From contig MU058654.1 in assembly GCA_013265495.1 (NCBI GenBank), positions 372,001 to 436,000 of the forward strand: 64,000 bases of DNA, read 5' to 3'. The translations under genes were made by a program, and so were the position numbers. Numbering within the stretch: the first letter of the stretch is position 1; each line of letters opens with the position of its first letter. Below are positions 1 to 11,672 of the stretch, one piece after another. Under the pieces are notes generated by a model. That model did not search any database. It was not told the DNA's origin and worked only from the letters and a program-made list of their open reading frames with translations. Origin of the DNA: Vicugna vicugna. Taxonomy: Eukaryota.

Positions 1-1139
1 ATAATCACAATCATGCACACACACTCAGAATCAACACATTTTCCCTCGTTAGAACATGTTTTGATTGGTAATCTCATTAACATGAGAAATACACTTAGTT
101 TAAAAACAGATAAATGTGGAAGAATGATTCCATACAGGAAGGCAGAGTAATTTTAGCTACATTTTCATACTGCAGTTAAGTTCAGCTGTGACCATCCCCC
201 CGCCTCCCCTCCCAGCAACTGGAAATGGGTATAGTTATTACTTTTCAGTAGATTGGCAATTTTTCTGTGTTTTCAGATTTTTAACAAATGTAATCCAATT
301 GAAAAGCCTTATTTCTGACCCTTTAAAATTTTAGCTGTACCTTTTTTTTAGATCATTAACTAAATTTTTGAATAGTTCATATTGGAATGTTAAAGTTTAT
401 GCCAGGATTTCTAGATAGCCACAGATTTTTTTTTTTTAGCATCAAAGACAATATTCATAGACTTTAAAGTTTATTCTCACAACTCATTTACATACATAGC
501 TAACTACAGGGATGGTGGGGCTATTTCCCCACTATCTTCCGAAATCAAGATTTGAAACTCTTTCAATTTCTTAGATTCCCAAAATCTTATGAACCAAAGT
601 TTTTTTGTCTCCAAAACAACACCAACAGAAACTTGAGGACAGAAACCTTAGACAGTAATAAAATTCACAGTGGAATAGAAGCTAGTATTCTCTACTTCCG
701 TGCAAAGGATGGCCTCAGGCTGAGCAAAGAAAACAAAACTGATACTTTAAAAAAAAAAAAATCTGAGTGCTTCTAATGCATTTGGGAGCAGGTGTCGAGG
801 CAGCCAAACGGAACTCTGGGGTCACTGGAAAGGAATGTCAAAGCTGAGTTATTAAGTTTAAGCAGAAAATATGGCCTGAAAGCTTAGCTTCGAACAAATT
901 AAGGATGTGCTGAGGAATGAGTGAAATATTTTCTCTCCGAGTCAGGGGGTTCGCAGGTTGGGAGCCAGCATCTGGGGCTGATTACATATGCTTTAGGTGA
1001 CAGGTGGCTTTAGGAAATGGAGCCCTAGTTGAGCTTTTAAAATATTTTCCCGGGAAGGGTAAATAATTTGATGCCTTGCTGGTTTCCCTTCTGTGGGCTG
1101 TTTGAAATACAAAAACACATCTTAAGCCACATCAAAGTT

Positions 1140-1530
1140 GTTTCATGTGCAGGCAAAGGCAGACGTCCTCAACTCTGACACTTGGCCACATCAGTTTCAC
1201 TTCCGGCAGTTTTGAAATCTGTTCTGTGCACGACTGGTGGAGATCAGTTACCAAACCCTATCATTCTATTTATAAAACTAATATTTATCGGTCGTTTTTT
1301 TAATACTTCATTTTCGTGAGACTGAAAACTTTTATTGCCCAATTAGTTCCTAGGGGCGGCCACAGATGTTGAGCCAGAGAAAATAACCTCAGCTTCAGCA
1401 CCAAATATTACATGATGAGGAATCATTCCAACTTCTACAAATAAAAGAAATGTTCTTTTGAGCGTTTGCCAAGTCAGCGGTCACTTTGCTGAGATCAAAG
1501 ATGGTGGATGATTTATTCATAAGCGTTTTC
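1140..1530. promoter_or_regulatory. Candidate enhancer block (ETS-IRF composite and TCF/LEF motifs)
   Basis: Non-repetitive sequence. AGTTTCACTTCC at 1193-1204 is GGAAGTGAAACT on the minus strand; AGATCAAAG at 1492-1500. Function is inferred. Confidence 0.4.
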
Positions 1531-2304
1531 CCTTGCCTTTGTTTTTTTATTTTTCAACTGTTTTGTTGTTGCTATTTGTTTTATTTTTTATTTTTTTGCT
1601 TCTCCTTGCATTTTGTTCAAAACTGTATTTAGTTTGATGTTACGGACCAACCTAGAGGTCCCACTTTGCCCTGGAGGATGCATCTCAATTAAAGAGAGTT
1701 ACCCAGAACCTCTAACACTAAATACTGAATTCTAAATACTCATTCCAGATCTAGAAGTGTTGTATTATAAAGACACTATATTTGGTATTAAAATGTAACT
1801 AAATCAATTTGATTATCTAAATTTTAACAATATACTATAAAACACATCACCCTGAAGTATACAACCCAGTATTATTTTTACTTACATTTGCACCCTGTAA
1901 CCACCACCATTCCATTCAAGGTAGAGGTTACTTCCAGCATCCTAAAAATGAAGAGCCAAGAGTTTTTTAAACGTAATTTTTAACTGACATTTTCTTCTTA
2001 ACAAAAAGTGATTGTTTTTAAAAGAAGCTGTTCCACATGATTGGTCAACTCTTTTTTTTTTTTCCCCTCAATTCACCTCATTCCTCCAGGCTATTCTTTT
2101 TGACAACACAAAGTTGCTCTTCTTCATTTCAGAATATATATATGGAGAGAGAGAAATAGACAAGTATACATACATATGATAAGCTTTTATATATATATGA
2201 TATACATATGATGAGTCCAGGTCCCCACTCTCCTGGCGAAGGCTAGGGTGGAATGAAGCCTTCTGCACATCTACTCAAGAGGAAAAGGACGGGAAAGTCT
2301 CCCT

Positions 2305-2322
2305 CAGTGCCACCTCCCGGCA
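2305..2322 (-). promoter_or_regulatory. CTCF-like motif
   Basis: Minus strand TGCCGGGAGGTGGCACTG compared with the core CCASYAGRKGGCRS. Confidence 0.35.
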
Positions 2323-3028
2323 GTTCCCATGGAGTCCCCTGAACTTCCAGCCCAGTCCCTGAACTTCCATATTCTTAGACGCTTGTTACCAAACCCATAA
2401 TTAACATTGGCCTCAAAACACATGTGTTCCAGTGAATGTTTCTCCATGTCAACCAGGCTTACACCCAGCTTTAAACAAAGACTAAAATGAGTGATGGGTG
2501 ATGGGAAGAAAAGCAGTTGTAATCGCACATGGCACTGGAACGGAAGGGAAATCATGTCAGAGAATGTGAGGATAGAGCGAGATAAGCCGTCTTTCTTCTG
2601 TAGTTCTGCAATAAGGTCGTTATTTGGTGTCCTAGAGTCACACCAGATAAGTTAATTGCCCTTCGCACTCATCCCCTTGGGGTTTTGTTTTTGTTTTTGT
2701 CCTCTTTGAATATATCCAATGCATTCTACATTTACAAGGTTTTAAATTGGGCGTTTGATAAAATAACATAAATTCTTTTTTCAACTCCTGCATTAAGACT
2801 GCATGATTTTTAATTATATTTGTATAAAGAGCTTCATGACTGAGTAGATTCATTTACAAACTTTGTGTAGTATGTGCACCTTTTTTACTGAGTTTCTCAA
2901 GGACAGGTTGTCTTCATTTAGGGTGCTACCATTTGCGTGCAGTTCTGGACAGGGAGTAGGTACTTTAACAAATACTGATGAGAGTTGGAGCTGTTCAGTA
3001 TTTATAGACCCTTGCTGATCATCTAAAC

Positions 3029-3229
3029 CAGAGAGTTTCAAACTCAAGTCCTTGAATCTGTTGCATCAGAATCACCTAGGAACGTTTAGTATGCAGATTC
3101 CTGGACCTTTCCACTAGAGAGCGTAATTTAGAATGTCTTAGTTGGGACTCAGAAATCTTAGGGTTTTTCTTTTTTCTTTTTTTAAGTGTTCAGATCATTT
3201 CCCTTTGCAGTTGTATTTAAGAGTTATTG
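3029..3229 (+). mobile_element. MER5-type hAT-Charlie non-autonomous DNA transposon
   Basis: Diagnostic 'tgcatcagaatcacctagg...atgcagattcctggacc' and decayed termini. Confidence 0.7.
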
Positions 3230-5519
3230 ATTTAGGCTCATTTCTGCTTGATGTAAAAACTGACTTGATTTGAGTTTCAAGACTATCCACAAATTCGATT
3301 CTTTAAATCTTAGAAGTGGCTGTGCCCTGAGAAAGTATTGTATGTTAATTCCTCTTACTTTGCACCCAAAGGAAAAAATGTTAATTTCTCAAAGTAATGG
3401 AGCTGATTAGCAGCAAAGTCAGGAACAGAATTTAGATGGCCTGAATGAAATCCCAGGCCGCTCCACCCTTTTTTCTTTAGCGGATCTTATTCAAAGCCAT
3501 CCCAGAGCCTCCAGCATTCTTATAATGGATAAGATCTCAAAGACAAGGGGTAGGACCCCTCATTGCCTGTGACTTCTTCCGAATAATTTATTTGTTTTCT
3601 AAATAGCATGCACTGTGAATTCACTGTGAATCTATAGTTACATAGTCAGAAACTTGATTACCACTGGAACTAGATAAACACGGAAACTAGGTAAACCTGG
3701 TAAACACAGAACGAGGTAAACATGAAAGTACTGGTATTAATAAGAGGTTTTGTCAAATTCCAAAGCACCGTGTAACACAATATACTACAACATAGGACAT
3801 ATTTAAGTAAATGTTAATGCTCTTTACAATTACTTGAGCACGAAAGGAAATTTATGTACTCATATAAATTAAGAAACAAATGAATAGCATAGCTGAGAAA
3901 TTGCTTATTGGAAATTATAAAGTTCAGAGAATTTCACAGCAATGTAAAAGAACCCGAGGGAGAGGTTTATCCTTTATGAAAAACTGGCAGAGTTTATAAT
4001 TTATGTCTTTCTGACTTGCCTCTTTTTTTTTTTTTCCTAACTCTTGTTCCAGTTTTTGGGAGCATTCATTAAGCAAATCACATTTGCATTGAGGTTACCT
4101 TGAGTATTTCTGTTCTCTGTTAATAAACAGCCTCCTCATGTAAATCTAGGTAGACCTCAGGGTGATTTTAAGACTATGCTCATCTTCCTGTTGAGCTGTT
4201 TGAATGGAAAGCAAATGATGAGACTAAAGAGTGGGTAGGTTTTCTTTGTCTTCCTTCAAATCAGGCCTCCAGAATGGAACCTGGCCTCACAATTTTTCCT
4301 CTCTGCTCTCAAATGGGTCCAGGTCTGAATTTCCAACATTCAGTTTGACCAAGGGTTTGGCTTATACCATTTCTCTTCACTAATAGGGAATTATTTTCTC
4401 ATTCTGGATCTAAATTTAAAAATTCAGTTTCTAAATGCAGGTGAATCTGAGATTAAAAAGATTATGGAAAAAGGAAAAATATTCTGGTTAAAAGAATGGA
4501 ATGAATGATTAAAATCATAAGCATCAATATTTATCTTGAAATACTGGCATCAAACTGCAATCGTGAGGTTCCGGGTCCAGGTAAGAGGGAATGAGTGTGC
4601 ACCACCCTGGTCTCCACTGCGTGCAGCTGGAGAACCTGGAATAACTCAGAGGGTGGCTATTTGCAGACTCTGGAAAGTAAATACTAGCAGGCAGACCGGG
4701 GAAGCCCGATTACATTCCACCTCTCAACCGTAATTTCTGGCCCCTCCAGGACCCTCACTTACTGTGGAGTGAATCACAGCCTCATCCTTGGATCTCTTCA
4801 CATCACCCAGTGTAACTATCCTTGACTGTCTGCCCTCCTTGACCCTACGGAAAGCACAGGGCTGATGGTGTGAACCTGCCTTGCTTTGTACCCCATCCTC
4901 CTGCTGAACTCTCCACTAGCGCTTGAAGCGTTTTCTTCGCTGGTTCGGTCCTGGGTGACTAAACACTGAGTCACACCAACCGTGGAAGCTGAGTCAAGAC
5001 ACACTCCAGATCTCTAACCTAACCTGGGCCTCTTTCTCAAGCGCATCCCCACTCTCAGCAGGCAGACGTGTTTCCTGCTTCACCAAGGCTTCCGGATTTC
5101 TCCCCTGTCGGCTGAATTACACGTTCCTCCCATCAAGAGATGTCCCCTTGTTTATGCCACCTGTTTTAGACCCCTGCATCCAATTTTCACCTACTTCTCA
5201 TCGACCTGTCCAACTCCCCACCTCTTTTCTGTCACTCGACCCGAGGTCCTCTCAAGCTACCATCACCAAGGTTTTTCTTCCAGTTTCAAACTTCCTCAAA
5301 GAAGAATCTAAACATTCTATGTACTTCCTGCACTACAAATTCACTTCTCAAACTGTGTAAGTCATAGAGCTGACTTCCTGATGCCAAAGGGCTAAGTTTT
5401 CCAGTTCTCATCTCACCAGAGCTTTGCTACATTTAACGCTTTTGCTCACCCCCTCATTTGTTAAACTTTAATGCCATAGCACTTATATTTTTAATTTTTG
5501 CTGTTTAACTTGTAGTTAG

Positions 5520-6290
5520 GTAAGTTCCCAAAATTTCAAAAATATATGAAAATTGGGAGACTAGCATAATGAACTCCCACATGCACGTCAACAAGCTTCA
5601 AGAACTCTCAATCCATCGTTAATAATGTTTCATCTATTCCTTCCCCATCACCCCCAGCCCAGGTTACTTTGAAGCAAATCACATACATTGTGTCATTTCA
5701 TCAATAAATATTTTACTATATATCTCAAAAGGTAAAGAATGCCTTTGAAAATTATTTTTAAATACCATTGTCAAACCTAAAAATTAATAAGTACTTAATA
5801 TCCTCAAATATTCAATTAGTGTTCAAATTCTCATGGTCACAAGATATTTTGTAATAAATTGTATGAGTCAGATCCAGACAAGGTCCATGTATTGCAATTG
5901 GTTGAATACATTTCCCTTTTTTCTTTCAATGTGTTTAATAAAGAAAGTGGGTGATTTATCCTTCAGTTTCCTACAGTCTGCACTTTGCTGATTGCAAAAA
6001 GTTGTGTCATTTAACGTACTTCTCTTTCTTATTTTTCTTTAACTTTGTAGTCAGATCTAGAGACTTAATCAGCCTCATTTGATTGTACACATACACACAC
6101 ACACACACACACATACACACACTCCACAACCTGTAACGTGCTCTCCAACAGGAGGCACATAATGCCAAATTGTCTCTCATTGTATGATGTTAGTAGATAT
6201 TGTTTATCATCTTCTTGATCCATTATGTCATTTGAGGCTTTAAAATGAAAATAGTCTAATTCGATTATTAATCTATTACCTGAAGTACTC
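5520..6290 (-). mobile_element. Ancient L1 (L1M-type) 3' fragment containing a (CA)n tract
   Basis: Resembles old L1ME/MC 3' UTR ('tttgaagcaaatc...catttcatcaataaatattt'); (CA)n at ~6087-6121. Confidence 0.6.
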
Positions 6291-6699
6291 TTGCTCCCTT
6301 AGAGCTCGACTCCCTCAGCCTCCAATCAGAGGCTGTGCTAGACACCAGGGATAGCCCAGTAAACTCCACAGACAAGTCCCTGCTTCCTCGGAACTTATAT
6401 TTCAGTGACACTAGTTCCGGAAAACAGTGAATGTTCAACTAATATCAACTATTGGATTTAATTATGTCTCTCATTCCTCTGAATATACTTTTCTTCTTAG
6501 TATACTGTTCTGGGATGTTCTTATCCACTCTCAGTATTTCAAAGATGGCTATTAATAATAGTAAATATTCAGTGAGCACTTACAAGGTAGTGCTCCAGGC
6601 ACAGAATGCACATATATTATATATAATATAATACGAATAATATATCCATATGTAAAATAATTTAATTCTCAAAACAATCAGATGAGGCAGATACCATTG

Positions 6700-7133
6700 G
6701 TCCCAGATAGTATTCTTGATGGCCTGGAGAATTCTACTCTCTCATCTCTACTATTGACTGACAGCCCACCTGCGGAGTCCTGAACGCCATCATAGCCTTT
6801 GTCCATGAGCCACACGTTTGAATGCTGGCGGGATACCAGGGTAGGTCTGATACCAGGAGCCCTGGAGGTCCTCTTACAGCCATCTTTGACTTGAGGACTC
6901 TCCAAAAGCCTTGCTGAACTTTCATTAGAAATGCTCAGATCTGCCCAAACTTCCCTCTTTCTTCCCTTTCTCCTTCACTAGGGGCCAGTGAGGGACCACG
7001 TCCAGTGGAGACATCAGGCATTATGGCCTGATGGCTCTCCAAGTATCTCCTGGCTCCCTCTGTACTTTCTCTTTCAGGCATTTCCTCTAATCCCTTCTTG
7101 GTGTCTGCTCCTCAGATGACCCAGACCGATACA
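6700..7133 (+). mobile_element. ERVL-class LTR, LTR16-like
   Basis: 3' end 'cttggtgtctgctcctcagatgacccagaccgataca' and internal 'gccatctttgacttgaggactctccaaaagccttgctgaac' resemble the LTR16 family. Confidence 0.6.
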
Positions 7134-7134
7134 C

Positions 7135-7680
7135 TACTGCTGTGTAAGAAATTACCTCACATTTATTGAGATGAGCAATCTTTTTATTATTCTGTGAATC
7201 CTGAACTCAGTAAGGATGACTTGTTTCTGCTCCCCAATGTCTAGGACCTCAGCTGGGAAGATGGACAGCAAGGGGCAACTCAACAGCTGGAGGCTGGAAT
7301 CACGTGGAGGGAAGCACCGTCACAAATACATGTGGCAGTTGCTGCTGACAGTGGTCTGGGACCTCAGTTAAAGCTAGTAATCAGAACATCTACATGTGTC
7401 CCATGTTCACTGGGCTTCCTCACAGCATGGCAGCCTCAGGGTAATTGGGCTTCTCCAAGGAGTCTGAGGGCTCCAAATGTGAGTGTCCCTGCAGACAAAA
7501 TAGAGTCTGCATTGCCTTTTATGATGTAGCCTCTGTAAAGTCACATCCTGTCACTTTTGCCATACTCTATTGGTCAAAGTAATCATAGACTTGCCCAGAT
7601 GCAAGGATAGAAGAAAGACTCAACTTCTCAATGGAAAGAGTGCCGAAGAATTGATTGATCAATCTAAAAACCACCACCCT
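7135..7680 (-). mobile_element. Old MLT1-type MaLR LTR
   Basis: 'ctcagctgggaag...gctggaggctggaatca...gggcttcctcacagcatggcagcctcagggta...catactctattggtcaaag'. Confidence 0.75.
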
Positions 7681-8599
7681 ACTTTCATAACAATGTCCCA
7701 AATAAAGAAGCCGAGGCACAGAAGTTATTCACCCAAGATCAAATAATGTATTTCCAGAGCTGATGCTCTTAACTTCCAAACTACACAGCCTCTGGGAGAC
7801 TTGAATCCAGTGTGCCCCTCACATTCAATGCTCTCAAACTCAACTTTCATCACCTACTTTTTTCTTGTGTTATTCTCCAATGGCATAGGATTCCACCTAG
7901 CCATTGACTCAAGCTAAAAACCTGAGAGTAATCTTGGACTCACCCTCATTCATGAATCTGATCAATCACCAAGGCATGAGCTGATCATAACATGCGAAAC
8001 ACACAGTTGCATCTCTTCTGTTTCCATCAGTTACATTAAAACCAGCACAAACCTCCATTCAGGGACAAGCCCTACTGGTCACCAGCCTACTGATTTGTCC
8101 ACTGCCTTTGCTCCTCTTTGCCAAATGATGGAACTAAGAATACCAGATCCCTCTGTCTGACAAAATCTCCCTTTCTGAGACCCTAGACTAAGCCAACGCT
8201 GTCCCTGGTCTCAAGTGCTGAATTCTTTCAGTTACACAGAGAAAGTCCTCTCTGGGACCTCCCGGCCAAGAGGGTCTTAGGATTTTAACTCTGGTGTCAT
8301 ATGAAGCCACCGCCCCTCTTTCCAGTTTTGGGAAGTTGCTTTCTTTTTTTTTTTTTAACCTTCTAACCACAAAGCATTATCTACCCCCGACCCCTTTCAC
8401 AGCTAAGAGAGCCCAAGCTCTTCTAAGAAAGGCTCAAAGCTCAGGAACACTGTAAAGTTTCTTTATCTTCTCTGGAAGAAAAATGCCATGTCTTCCTCAC
8501 TGTAACACACAAAAAGTCTCCAACCCAAAGTCAAATGGTACGACCCTTATTTCTCCATTGCTGAAGTAATCAAATCAAACACAGGGGAAGTCTTCGTAA

Positions 8600-9430
8600 G
8601 TCTCCCTGCTGCATCAACCAGTTTTTCCATCTAAATATTTACCAGATCATCCCCTCTCCCCTAGTTCTGCTCTCACCGCTCTAAGCCAGGTCCTTATCAC
8701 CTCTCCATACTCACACAGCTCCCAGGTCCCCAGACACTTTCCCAGGACCTGAAAGTTTAGTGGGATGGAAAAGACAGCCCAGGCAGCTCACAGCCAATCA
8801 CCCTGCCTCAAACCACCAAGCTCCACCTCTACCTGCTTCACGGGGTAGATACCCCTGCCCCTGAAATTGCACTTGGAAAACAAAACAGACAAGTTCTACA
8901 CCAAAAAGAGAAGTTGTAGGAAGTGCTAATCTAAAACAAAAAATGTGATCATGGCAGGCTACTGCCTTACAGCCCTGTAATGGTCCCCAGGGGCTCAAAA
9001 TGAAGTCCAGTGTCCTTAAGTGATGCGAGGACCTCCATGACCCACCCCCTCCAAAGCCTAGCATCTTCCTCTTGTACGTCACCTCCCAGCCACACGGAAC
9101 TGCTCGCAGTTCCAGCAGGCATTGTGTGGTGGGCTTTTTCTCATCCTGTCTCCTCTGCCTGGTGCTCTCCACCCAACACAGCTCCCATTACAATCATTTT
9201 GAGCACTAGCCCCACTAACCTCTGCCAGTTAAGGTGCCCATCCTGAGTGCTCCCAAAACACCGTGAATCATGATCACTGTTTGACAACTACCAGGGCATA
9301 GGCCTGTTTCATCTCTATACTGAGGGTCTGTTAGAGACAGAACCTGATTTTCATCCATCATTGTATCTCTGGCGCCTAGCAATGTGCCTGGCAGGTCTAC
9401 ATGGAAAACGTGTGCTGTATGCACACATAG
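8600..9430 (+). mobile_element. L2 LINE 3' fragment(s)
   Basis: L2-typical 'tctaaaacaaaaaatgtgatcatgg...gtatctctggcgcctagcaatgtgcctggca'. Confidence 0.6.
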
Positions 9431-10244
9431 AGAATGGAGAAATACAAGTGAACAAGGAGAACTTCTTCCATCACGCTGCCACTGGCCCCACCACATGCAG
9501 GGCTGTGACTCTCACACCACAGCACTCCTTCAGGACCGCGGAGACTTCCTCACTCCCATCCCTACAAAACAGAACGTAATTCTGCATGATTCCCGAGGCG
9601 CCTGAATTACTTCAGGGTCCTTATTATGAACATCAATTATCCCAACAGCAGCAAAGAACAGATGCAAGAGTTAATAAGAGTTTTCTGGATGACAGGATGC
9701 CAGATAAACATACTTTGCTGCATTATATGCAGAATGATGCCAAACCGTGGAGACACGAAGAAAGCTGAGTCTAAGCTGCAAGTACCACCGTCTGGGGAGC
9801 TGTAGATCAGAGAAATTCGCCACGATTCCTACTTTGATCACAGAAACCAGGCAGAATTTGCCACTGAGCCACTGCAAATAAGTCCAAATAAACATCCGAC
9901 TAGGTGGGGATCCAACCGTTCAATCAGCATTCCAGAACATTCCCCAGGGAGTTCCACAGAGCCTAGCACTGTCATTACAAGGAGGCCAGTCTTCTCCCAG
10001 CCAGCCTCTTTCCAGGGCTATGAAAAGGCTTCCATGAGGTGCTGGGAAATACTCCACCTACCCATGTGTCAGTGTCTATTTCCAGCCAAGAGTTGCCAGG
10101 TGCCCCTCTGGGTTCTTTTAAGAATCTCCCTTCCCAGAGCTACTCTCCTTGCCCTTCAATGAGACTTCATGGCACCTTTAGATATATAATTTTTCATTAC
10201 ACATGATTTGCTAATTCATATTTTATTTAAAAATAGATTTTGGT

Positions 10245-10402
10245 GGGAAGGGAGGGTATGTCTCAGTGGTAGTGTGTGCTTAGCATGCACGAGGTTCTGG
10301 GTTCAATCCCTGTACCTCCATTCACACACACACACACACACACATACATACATACTCTTCCCCCTCCAAAAAAGGGGGAAAAAAGAATTAAAAAAAAAAA
10401 AA
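10245..10402 (+). mobile_element. Camelid tRNA-Ala-derived SINE (vic-1-like)
   Basis: Head 'gggagggtatgtctcagtggtag...cttagcatgcacgaggttctgggttcaatccc' with Pol III A/B boxes, an A-rich tail and an imperfect TSD aaaa(t/a)agattt. Confidence 0.85.
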
Positions 10403-10762
10403 GATTTCACTGGCAAGCCTGTGCGTAACTGTAGTGGGTTCATCTCATGGATTCTGACACACCTGCTGTCTTCAGTAACTAAGCAAACGCTGTGAATGAA
10501 ATTACAGAGCCCAGGAATACACCTTTACCGTGAGCTCAAGGAGAGCTGCTCCAGCTTCTCTCTGACAGACAAAGAGAATTCACCTGCAAATGTCTTGCTT
10601 ATAATAGATATTTGGGTATGGATAAGGGGTATTCAGCAAGCGGATTTGCAAACCTCATCATGGTGCAGTAATAGTAAAACAATAAACCTAACTACTAAAT
10701 TAAATAGAGCCTTTCGGGGCTATTGAAATTAAATTTAAAACGAGAAGAAAAGCTGTACAAGC

Positions 10763-10763
10763 T

Positions 10764-10794
<31 letters not shown>

Positions 10795-10809
10795 CGTACG
10801 TGCATGTAT
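10763..10809. repeat. (TG)n(CG)5 compound microsatellite; alternating purine/pyrimidine tract
   Basis: 47 bp of uninterrupted Y/R alternation, read directly. Confidence 0.95.
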
Positions 10810-11510
10810 TTCTTCACGAGTTTTCAAACAGCAGTGGGAGAACCAAGTTCATGTATAGCCCGAGGAGCCCGGGTGAACAACGTCCTTCACGTGGGTTTAA
10901 TTTGCTTTGTAAATACAAGCGTAATTGGTATTTAAGGGGCCGCTCTAAATTGCCATCGCCCCCTCTGTCTGAGCATGAGTAATCTAATTTTTCTGCAGAG
11001 CGTGTTGCAGTGTGACAGACAGGTCTCCGAGGACTGTCTCGTATGTCAGCATCCCTGAAAATGAGTCCTGAAGTATGGTCACACCCCCACGCACGCGTGG
11101 AATCCCAATCACCCACGACTCAGAGATCCATTTGCCCTGTGTCTTGCTGCTGACGGATAATATATTCATTTGCTTCTAGCTAAAAAAAAACGAGAGAGAG
11201 CGAGAAAGCGCTGGTGCATATTGATTACATCCTACAGCAGCTGTAATTGGGAGGAATGATACGCTGTGCGCGCCGCTGTCTTCCTCCTTCACTCCGCAGC
11301 CAGCTGGAAAAAATCAACCCCCCAAACCTTCAGGTGATCAAACCGTTTGCTCTCGTTAGAACAGGAAAATTAAAATCTAGCTCCTTGACAAAAAAACGGA
11401 ATTGTCTGGCAAGTGCCACTGAGTATTCTGGCTGAGCACTAAATATTAGCTGATTAAAATTACTCCCCAAAGGAAAAATGTTAGCTTTGCTGTCTAATTC
11501 TATTGTGTTT
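10810..11510. promoter_or_regulatory. Candidate conserved non-coding element / enhancer
   Basis: Repeat-free, with retained CpGs. Motifs: TAATTG x2, GTAAATA (FOX), CACGTG, CAGCTG x2, TGACAG. Confidence 0.5.
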
Positions 11511-11568
11511 AAATAATATGAAGTACATATATATTCTGTTATATTTAACTATTTAACATAAGAGTTGA

Positions 11569-11672
11569 TGAATATATGTATGTATATGCATGACTGGGAC
11601 ATTGTGCTGTACAGCAGAAATTGACACATTGTAATTGACTGTACTTCAATTAAAACAACAAAAACAAAAACA
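11569..11672 (+). mobile_element. Young, heavily 5'-truncated L1 3' end
   Basis: 'atgactgggacattgtgctgtacagcagaaattgacacattgtaattgactgtacttcaattaaaa' plus A-rich tail; same sequence as the 3' ends at ~26.2 kb and ~47.6 kb. Confidence 0.85.

Noticed and set aside
260..360. Splice acceptor TTTTCTGTGTTTTCAG suggesting a terminal exon
   Set aside because: Downstream frames are short and unrecognisable, and such tracts are common in T-rich DNA.
4441..4580. Possible exon (TGCAG| acceptor to CAG|GTAAGA donor)
   Set aside because: The polypyrimidine tract is weak and the best-looking frame (ESEIKKIMEKGK...) hits a stop. Not supportable as coding.
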